From the NCBI RefSeq assembly GCF_001194135.2, contig NC_068982.1:55819215-55883214 (forward strand): a stretch of 64,000 bases of DNA, given 5' to 3'. Shown piece after piece: positions 55,715 to 64,000 of this stretch; position 1 is the first letter of the stretch, and each line of letters begins with the position of its first letter. The notes under the pieces are model-generated. The model did no database searches, had not been told where the DNA came from, and saw only the letters and a list, made by a program, of their open reading frames with translations. Position numbers and translations under genes: made by a program. Source of the stretch: Octopus bimaculoides (lineage: Eukaryota).

Positions 55715-57452
55715 ACAGCTTGAAATTTTTTTGTTCGGGAGTGGCTAGTCGATTACGTCGATTCAGTGCTCAACTGGTACTATCTTATCCATCCTGAAAG
55801 GATGAAAAGCAAAGTCGACCTGGCGGAATTTGAACTCAGAACATAATGACGGACGAAATACCTATTTCTTTACTGCCCAGAAGGGGCTATACACAGAGGG
55901 GACAAACAAGAACAGACAAACGGATTAAGTCGATTATATCGACCCCAGTGTGTAACTGGTACTTAATTTATCGACCCCGAAAGGATGAAAGGCAAAGTCG
56001 ACCTCGGCGGAATTTGAACTCAGAACGTAGTGGCAGACGAAATACCGTTAAGCACTTTGCCCGGCGTGCTAACGATTCTGCCAGATGGCAGCCTTAGTAA
56101 CTCTTGTTGCATTGGTTTCGAAATTTCGCACAAGGCCAACAATTTTGGAGTAGGAAGTAGGTGATTACATTGACCCCCGCCCAGTGTTCAATTGATACTT
56201 ATTTTATCGACTCCTCAAGGATGAAAGGTAAAGTCGACCTCAACGACATTTGAGCTCAGATTGTAAATCCGGAAGAAATGCCGGTAAGCATTTTGCCCGC
56301 GTGCTAACTATTCTGCCGGCTTGCTGGCTTCAAATTTTTCCAAAGTTTGGCATAAGGCCAGCAATTCTCAGGGGCGGGGTAAATCGATTATTCGATTATA
56401 TCTATCTCGAAAGGATGAATGGCAAAGTCGACCTCAGTGGTATTTGAAATCAGGATTCAAATTCCCCCGAGGTCGATTTTGCCTTTTATACTTATTGGGG
56501 TCGATAAGATAAGTAACAGTGCAGTACAGGGGTCGATGTAATCGACTAACCCCTCTCCCAAAAATGTCAGGTCTTGTACCGATAACCGAAAGTATTACTA
56601 TTATATCATTTGGATAGTGGATGAAGAGAATTGTTTGGGTATCGGACAAAATACCCTGCGGTATTTATTTTGGTTCTTTATGGTCTCAGCTGAAATCCTA
56701 CAAGGATCGNNNNNNNNNNTATTAAGCTGCAACAAGGACTTGCTTTCGACTCTAATTTGAAATTACTCTACCTTACGTTATTTACGACATTGTAAATGTC
56801 TCAGTTTCTGATTCTTTCTGTAAGTATCGGCGTTTCTATCACCTACATAAGAAACGAATATTTTCTGGCAATAAGAGGGCGGTGAGTTGGCAGAATCGTT
56901 AGCCCTCTGGGATACATGTTGAGCAGCATTTCCTGTCTATATGTTCTGAGTTCAAATTCTGCCAAAGTCGACTTTGCCTTTCATCCTTTCGGGATCGATA
57001 AAATATGTACCTGCTGAACACTGGTGTCAACGTAATCGACTCATTCCCTCCCTCCAAATTGTTGGCCTTGTGCCAAAAATTTGAAATCAATATTTTTCTG
57101 GTTATAATTGTAATCTATACGGCTTTGCTGAAGAGTTAACAGCCTAAGTGAAAGAATTTGCACTAACAATTGAAATTGGATCGTGGGTTGGAATCGGAAT
57201 CTTGCAGTAACACCACAGCCAGTATTACTGGAAAATATTGATTTCAAAATTTCACAAGGTCAGCAATTTCGGGGGAGGAGTAGGTCGTTTACATCGACCC
57301 CAGTGTTCAACTGGTACTTATTTTATCGACTTCGACAGGATGAAAGGCAAAGTCAACCTCTGCAAAATTTAAACTCAGAGCGTAAAGACGGACGAAATGT
57401 CTCCGAGCATATTGCCGGGAGTGCCAAAGATTCTGTCGGCTCGCTGCCTTAG
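55715..57452. mobile_element. Cluster of about seven SINE family C copies (four minus in tandem, then plus, plus, minus)
   Basis: Copies near 55715, 55860, 56110 and 56325 (-), 56450 and 56870 (+), 57235 (-). Confidence 0.9.
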
Positions 57453-58119
57453 TAACTCTTGTCATATTATTAATAATTATAATTGTCTTGCAAAATAAAG
57501 CAAATATCAGTAAAATATAAGATTGCGTTTTCTTTCTAAAATATATAAGATTTAATAATTTAAAAATATTGTTTTCAGTCGTATATATCTATTTTCTAAT
57601 AAAATTCATAAGAGAAACGCTGCAAATTTATTATTTTACAGGATAAGATGAGAAATTTTACAGAAATTCACGATAGTATTGATAAGTGTTTCATTGTTGC
57701 TGTTTACCTCCAATACAGTCGCTCAATGGAACAGACTTATAACCACAGAGGTTTCATTCGTGACTATCCCGTCTTTAATTCGGATTACGGGACCACGTTA
57801 TCTAATGGGGTTTTTACTTTTTAAGACGTAAGAGTGTAGGATGAGGGAAATTGGCATCCATTTCTAGGAGGTCGAACGACCATGTGGAGTTTACATTGTT
57901 GCTACTTTGCTAAATTGAAATCCTGTAATGAGAGATAGTAAACCAAGACTGATCTTTCCGAGACAAACTACACGAAACAAAGTAATCAGTGAGACATTAA
58001 ATATCCAGTGTGTAACAGTATATCACGTCAACTTCGACGCAAGTAACCTAAAACACAGCATTTATGCTATCAGGGCCATTGACAAAATAATTCTAATAAT
58101 AATAATGATAATAATATGT

Positions 58120-58400
58120 TTTCCTTAACATCCTTAAACAAACCTTATTTAGGGACCTTTTGAACGGGATGGGCTACTCGACCTGAAGAAAATTCTAACT
58201 GGGCCCCACCTTCGAGGTCATGCGCTGTTTATCTTGGTATGAAATCACCATGTCGCGTACATATGGTTGTGATGCATGTGCCTGGTGTACCCTTATCAGA
58301 CGGGTAGTCATGATGGGTCTATTGGGCTTCGTATATTTTACCCCAGTGTCACTTTGATGGCATGCACTGCTCTCTCACTCATAATAATAATAATAATAGG
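58120..58400 (+). mobile_element. Little-decayed interspersed repeat segment ending in (TAA)n
   Basis: Relatively GC-rich block ending ctctctcactcataataataa; recalled as a common octopus repeat; single copy in this window. Confidence 0.5.
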
Positions 58401-59100
58401 CGTAGGAGTGGCTGTGTGGTAAGTANNNNNNNNNNNNNNNNNNNNNNNNNNNNNNNNNNNNNNNNNNNNNNNNNNNNNNNNNNNNNNNNNNNNNNNNNNN
58501 NNNNNNNNNNNNNNNNNNNNNNNNNNNNNNNNNNNNNNNNNNNNNNNNNNNNNNNNNNNNNNNNNNNNNNNNNNNNNNNNNNNNNNNNNNNNNNNNNNNN
58601 NNNNNNNNNNNNNNNNNNNNNNNNNNNNNNNNNNNNNNNNNNNNNNNNNNNNNNNNNNNNNNNNNNNNNNNNNNNNNNNNNNNNNNNNNNNNNNNNNNNN
58701 NNNNNNNNNNNNNNNNNNNNNNNNNNNNNNNNNNNNNNNNNNNNNNNNNNNNNNNNNNNNNNNNNNNNNNNNNNNNNNNNNNNNNNNNNNNNNNNNNNNN
58801 NNNNNNNNNNNNNNNNNNNNNNNNNNNNNNNNNNNNNNNNNNNNNNNNNNNNNNNNNNNNNNNNNNNNNNNNNNNNNNNNNNNNNNNNNNNNNNNNNNNN
58901 NNNNNNNNNNNNNNNNNNNNNNNNNNNNNNNNNNNNNNNNNNNNNNNNNNNNNNNNNNNNNNNNNNNNNNNNNNNNNNNNNNNNNNNNNNNNNNNNNNNN
59001 NNNNNNNNNNNNNNNNNNNNNNNNNNNNNNNNNNNNNNNNNNNNNNNNNNNNNNNNNNNNNNNNNNNNNNNNNNNNNNNNNNNNNNNNNNNNNNNNNNNN

Positions 59101-59530
59101 TACGTTCTGAGTTCAAATTACGCCGAGGTCGACTTTGCCTTTCATCCTTTCGGGATCGATGAATTAAGTACCAGTTACGCACTGGAGTCGATGTAGTCGA
59201 CTTAATGTCCTTGTTTGTCCCCTCTATGTTTAGCCCCTTGTGGGCAATAAAGAAATAAGAGAGAGAGAGATAGGAGGAAAACAACGTAAAGAACAGGAAG
59301 AAATACCTCGAAGCATTTTGTCTGCCTTCTTAACGATACTACCAGCACACGGCCTTTAAAATAATATTGTTTCTGATATAGGCACAAGGCCTGAAATTTG
59401 GTTGTGAAGAGGCTAGTCGATTACATCGAACCCATAATGATGAAAGACAAAGTCGACCTCGTAGAATCGGACGAAATGCCGCAAAGCATTTTGGCCGGTG
59501 TGCTAACGATTTTGCCAATTCGTTGCCTCA
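59101..59530. mobile_element. Two SINE family C copies (59101-59262 + with variant tail; 59370-59530 - internally deleted)
   Basis: Family C core. Confidence 0.85.
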
Positions 59531-59564
59531 ATAACAACAACAATAATGATAATAGGCGCATTAG

Positions 59565-59766
59565 GTATGATAAAAAAACATTCAGAGAAATGCATAACGA
59601 AAACACCAGGACTTGGAAGTAGTGCTACTAAGCACTGCACACATCCTACGTAAAACACATTCAATACAGCGAAAATAAGAGCACCACTACAAACCATAAC
59701 ACATACCCAAGGCAGACAGAGCTGCATTCGGTAGTCCAGTGAAAGCACGTGATAAAAATAAGACTA

Positions 59767-59852
<86 letters not shown>
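59565..59852 (+). mobile_element. R4/Dong-type LINE 3' end with (TAA)n tail
   Basis: VVLLSTAHILRKTHSIQ, then 3' UTR and a long (AAT)n run. Confidence 0.75.
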
Positions 59853-60570
59853 NNNNNNNNNNNNNNNNNNNNNNNNNNNNNNNNNNNNNNNNNNNNNNNN
59901 NNNNNNNNNNNNNNNNNNNNNNNNNNNNNNNNNNNNNNNNNNNNNNNNNNNNNNNNNNNNNNNNNNNNNNNNNNNNNNNNNNNNNNNNNNNNNNNNNNNN
60001 NNNNNNNNNNNNNNNNNNNNNNNNNNNNNNNNNNNNNNNNNNNNNNNNNNNNNNNNNNNNNNNNNNNNNNNNNNNNNNNNNNNNNNNNNNNNNNNNNNNN
60101 NNNNNNNNNNNNNNNNNNNNNNNNNNNNNNNNNNNNNNNNNNNNNNNNNNNNNNNNNNNNNNNNNNNNNNNNNNNNNNNNNNNNNNNNNNNNNNNNNNNN
60201 NNNNNNNNNNNNNNNNNNNNNNNNNNNNNNNNNNNNNNNNNNNNNNNNNNNNNNNNNNNNNNNNNNNNNNNNNNNNNNNNNNNNNNNNNNNNNNNNNNNN
60301 NNNNNNNNNNNNNNNNNNNNNNNNNNNNNNNNNNNNNNNNNNNNNNNNNNNNNNNNNNNNNNNNNNNNNNNNNNNNNNNNNNNNNNNNNNNNNNNNNNNN
60401 NNNNNNNNNNNNNNNNNNNNNNNNNNNNNNNNNNNNNNNNNNNNNNNNNNNNNNNNNNNNNNNNNNNNNNNNNNNNNNNNNNNNNNNNNNNNNNNNNNNN
60501 NNNNNNNNNNNNNNNNNNNNNNNNNNNNNNNNNNNNNNNNNNNNNNNNNNNNNNNNNNNNNNNNNNNNNN
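59853..60570. other. Assembly gap 92 nt downstream of the CBM14 exon; other gaps at ~6283-6614, 11221-11347, 23719-24350, 30855-31058, 32010-32055, 39471-39555, 49447-49456, 55502-55696, 56710-56719, 58426-59100
   Basis: N runs, mostly flanked by simple repeats or SINEs. Confidence 0.98.
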
Positions 60571-60661
60571 ATTAACAAATTAAAGTGAAATTGTAGAATT
60601 AATAAGTATAGTTGAGAAATACATATATATATATATATTCTGGTTACAACAACCGGCTTAC

Positions 60662-61451
60662 CTGTTTCTTTTTTGAAGAATGTGTTGGTTGTAGTCTTTA
60701 TTTTTAGCTGTTCGTCTGTTGACCTTGCTGTTGACCCTGTTGGTATCTTTGTAGTTCTCATCTCCGTCAATGTCGACGTTGGCATTGAGAACTTTTCTTT
60801 CGTTTTGGTTAAAGGCTTCTTATTTTCCCACCATTTTGTTATTTTCCGTGGCCACCACTTCGTGTATAATTTCGAAGTTGTTTTTCGATTATACAATTTG
60901 GTGAACATTGAACCCATTCTCTTAGTTTGAGTACCTAATGTGGATCTGAATACATTGTTCTTTGTAATTAAATTTAACTTTGTTGTTATTGTTGTAGTGA
61001 TTATTTTTGCTGTGGAAGATAATTTTGTTGATGATGTTGGCGCTGATGATGAGGACGTTATTTTTTTCATGTTTGATGATGTTCGCCACCTTTTGGTATC
61101 CGATGTGGGAGAAAATGTAAATCTCTGTAGCAATGAAGTTGTTTTCTTTTTCAGTGTTATACAGTCGTCTTTTGGTGAGTTTAACCACACGCATACTTTA
61201 TATTTTGAGGAAAAGACTGTATTTCCCGGACAAGTCATTTTCCAGGATCTACTCCCGAAACAAATATGGAATGCCTTGCAATCATTTGGATCCCGGATGT
61301 AGAGTTGAGTAAATGAAAATTTCGGACAGTAAGACATGTAAATTGATTTTTGAGGTTTCCGAGCATTGCACTCATTTACAAAGAAAAACAGAGATAAACC
61401 AAGAAAGACTACTGAATATTGCACAAGTCGTATCATACTCAAAACGTACAT
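60662..61451 (-). CDS. First coding exon of a secreted chitin-binding (CBM14/peritrophin-A) protein with a Thr/Ser/Lys-rich linker; 263 aa + 1 nt
   Basis: ATG at 61451 (alternative ATG at 61436) in an AAATC-ATG context. Hydrophobic signal peptide ...VVFLGLSLFFFVNECNA/RK. CPKFSFTQLYIRDPNDCKAFHICFGSRSWKMTCPGNTVFSSKYKVCVWLNSPKDDC has C-x15-C-x5-C-x9-C-x12-C-x9-C spacing, the peritrophin-A pattern (61328-61161). A mucin-like linker follows. Donor CAG|GTAAG has GT at 60661-60660 (phase 1). Acceptor-like CAGs at 61472-61470 and 61466-61464 suggest an upstream UTR exon. Confidence 0.92.
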
Positions 61452-62609
61452 GATTTTTGGTTACTGGAACTGATTAAATAGAATTTAAGAGAATGTTATT
61501 AACATTAATTTATCACAGCTGTGATTGAGACGATATATTTGAAGGTTAATCCGAAGACCTTCTTAGAAAATACTTTTGAATATATATAGAGTCAAGTGGT
61601 TTGTTTTTAGATTTCATTCAAAGATAGATATTTCAAAGTTTTCTTATTTTTGTAAAGATAGTGTTTTCTTTTGTAATTATTATTATCATTATTATTATCA
61701 TAAAAGTCCACAGCCATAAAAACAAAAAGCTATTTCATAGTCACACTATGAATTATTTCGATACTTGAAACCGACAAGGTTCATACAGAAGAAAGAAACG
61801 TGCTTTCTCTGTTTTGTTTGCAAGATGTGAATGAAAGAAAAAGCAAACAGGGAAAAGGACGTCACAAAAATAATCTCTTTTTCATTGTTCCTTCTTTCTA
61901 TTGCCTAGAGTTTCTGTTTAGTCTCCAGCGTCAGAGATAAATAAAGAATATGATCAGGAGAGGCATTCACTCACTCCTGTTTATCTGGCTGCCGATGCAG
62001 CTATGGTCAATAGTCTAGCGTTGCTTGCTTTCTGGGCTCACTCGAATAACAAGACGTGTTGACTCACGGATTAAAATCTTTTCTCTCAGAAATACTCGCG
62101 TCGACATTGAATATATTTCACTTGGGACTCTCCTAACTAGAGAATAGATGTTGTGAAAACTCAACCTCACCCCTGCGTTCGGTTTTCTTTAATCTGTTCT
62201 AATCTGTTTAACTAAGGCACATAGCTCTTCTCCTTTGCCTCTCACATTACAATTGTATATGAAGAGTATGTGAAAATTCAGCTTGTGTTAAAAGTAAATG
62301 TCAATGAAGAGAGAGAGAAAGAGAGAGGAGAATATGATAGAGAGAGAGAGAGAGAAAAGGAGAGGAGAATATGAAAGAGAGAGAATGAAAGTGTGAGAGG
62401 AGAAAGAAAAGGAGAGGGAAAGAAAGGAGGGAGGGTGAGAAAGACAATAGCTTTCTTGAAAAGCATTTATTTTCTAGTTGAATAGAGGTGTTTGAAGAAG
62501 AGATATTAAAGCGGATGTTTTTAAATGTTTTCTTTAACATTTTAACATACGCATACACACAAGCGTATAAAAACATTTTGTCTTTGTTTTCGTTTTTTTC
62601 CTATGTTAT

Positions 62610-63075
62610 TTGAAATACCAGAGAAAATATCTTTATCGTAGTTTCTTTATGGTTTTTGTAACTCAATTCTTACTAAAAAAAAACTTATTTCGATTCTTCT
62701 ACACAACTTTTTTCTCAGACATTAAAAACTTCCCATGGTCCGATCGATCAGTTCAGTTTAATGAAGATCGATTGAAGCAGATCATCCACGGATTCGCTCT
62801 AATCCACTAGAGATTTTGGCTTAACAGATGGGAATTTTCTCAAGAGAGCGTGACCCGGCAGTCGATGCGGAAGGCCTAAAAACTCGTTGTTTGAGTGCCA
62901 CACACTGAACTGAAAAGACAAACTCCAGCGCTTCTCTACTGCTGCCAGTTTACTAGCAAGACACAATGCAACACATGGAACACAAACAGAGATTTCTTTA
63001 CCTACATCTTCACCAGTTATGAAAAGTGGTGCTCTCGTATGACTATGAAGCAGAGGAAAGAATGACTGAGTCGTG
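62610..63075 (+). mobile_element. Decayed mariner (Tc1/mariner) transposase fragment
   Basis: PWSDRSVQFNEDRLKQII (PRSGRP..DEDRL-like); *VPH (WVPHEL); KLQRFSTAASLLARH; IFTSYEKW (IVTGDEKW). Confidence 0.8.
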
Positions 63076-63422
63076 AGGAAAGCAACACATACAGTCACAA
63101 GAGAATTGTAAACACAAAAGAAAATAATTTGCGTTTGGTGTGATTGGCAAGGGGTAATCGACTAGGAAATACTTGCAAGCAGCAAGGACAATATGGAGCT
63201 TCATTATTCAGCAAACTCTACAGCTCATTGAGGCAACCCAAATGAAAGAACGAAGACGCGTTGCACACACGTTCAGAAATAAGTGCATACATACATGCCT
63301 GCGTAGTGTATAAATATGGGCATACATACGCACATACATACTTAAGTATAGATGTATCATAAGTATAACGGATGTAAGTAGAATGCACGTGCATACGCAA
63401 GTAAAAACGTAAATACATACGT

Positions 63423-63423
<1 letters not shown>

Positions 63424-63506
<83 letters not shown>

Positions 63507-63532
63507 ACACACACGCACACACACACACACAC
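63424..63532. repeat. (CA)n microsatellite
   Basis: Direct reading. Confidence 0.95.
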
Positions 63533-64000
63533 AAATACAGAGACAAACTTTCCAGTTCAAATATGCTTGAAACATATTCGAACCCGCAAGAAAGCAATCT
63601 ACAGTAGTTTGTTATGGAGAAATCTTCTCACTGTAGACAAATTGGCGTAAATACATCGAGTCAGCTCACAGCGGCACCTAATCAGAGTGTAGGTTGCATG
63701 AATTTCGGAGTGGTTATCTCCTCTTCTACCACAGACACAAGAAAGAGTTCGGATGTATCTCAAGCATATTTAAACTGGCAGCAAGTTTGTGTTCATATAC
63801 GTCACTACTTAGTGACGTATATACCTAGCTACTTATGTACGTTGGTACACACAGATGTAGGTATGTACGCACATAAGTACGTAATAAGCAGGTGCATATG
63901 TACGTACATAGATACGTACATGCGTACTAAATTCAGATGTATATACGTACCTGCGTATGGGAGTACAAACTTATGTACATATAAAGTCCATGCTCGCAAG

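Noticed and set aside
54405-56450. Regularly spaced ~200-bp repeats resembling an array
   Set aside because: Not CRISPR: eukaryotic context, repeats far too long, no unique spacers, no cas genes; they are SINE copies.
59661-60661. C-terminal part of the 596-aa ORF in the track (KPVVV...XXX...poly-Leu)
   Set aside because: Read-through past a consensus CAG|GTAAG donor into intron, N gap and (TTA)n repeat; not protein.
60673-61302. Plus-strand ORFs of 85 and 120 aa and a minus-strand alternative-frame ORF of 90 aa
   Set aside because: Shadow frames of the CBM14 exon.

Overview
Animal (not prokaryotic) genomic DNA: strongly AT-rich, full of microsatellites, with 11 N gaps. The SINE/LINE families look like those of octopus (inference from recalled repeat families). 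About 1 kb is convincingly protein-coding, as two minus-strand exons. (1) 61451-60662: signal peptide, a six-Cys peritrophin-A/CBM14 chitin-binding domain and a very basic Thr/Ser/Lys-rich linker, ending at a phase-1 CAG|GTAAG donor. (2) 17935-17758, missed by the ORF track: the N-terminal exon of an S1A trypsin-family serine protease (RCG...AY-IIGG...WPWQVSLQ...[17 protein letters not shown]), entered in phase 1. The phases match, so the leading hypothesis is one secreted chitin-binding serine protease gene with a ~42.7 kb intron. I did not find the catalytic Asp and Ser exons in the window. The rest is transposon-derived: four SINE-like families (about 50 copies by eye, with swapped modules, tandem trains, inverted pairs and one nested insertion with a 12-bp TSD), relics of R4/Dong-, RTE- and L1/Tx1-type LINEs, a mariner relic and several MITEs. 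No rRNA, true tRNA gene or CRISPR array is supported. Repeat boundaries were read by eye and are approximate; the two exon boundaries were checked base by base.
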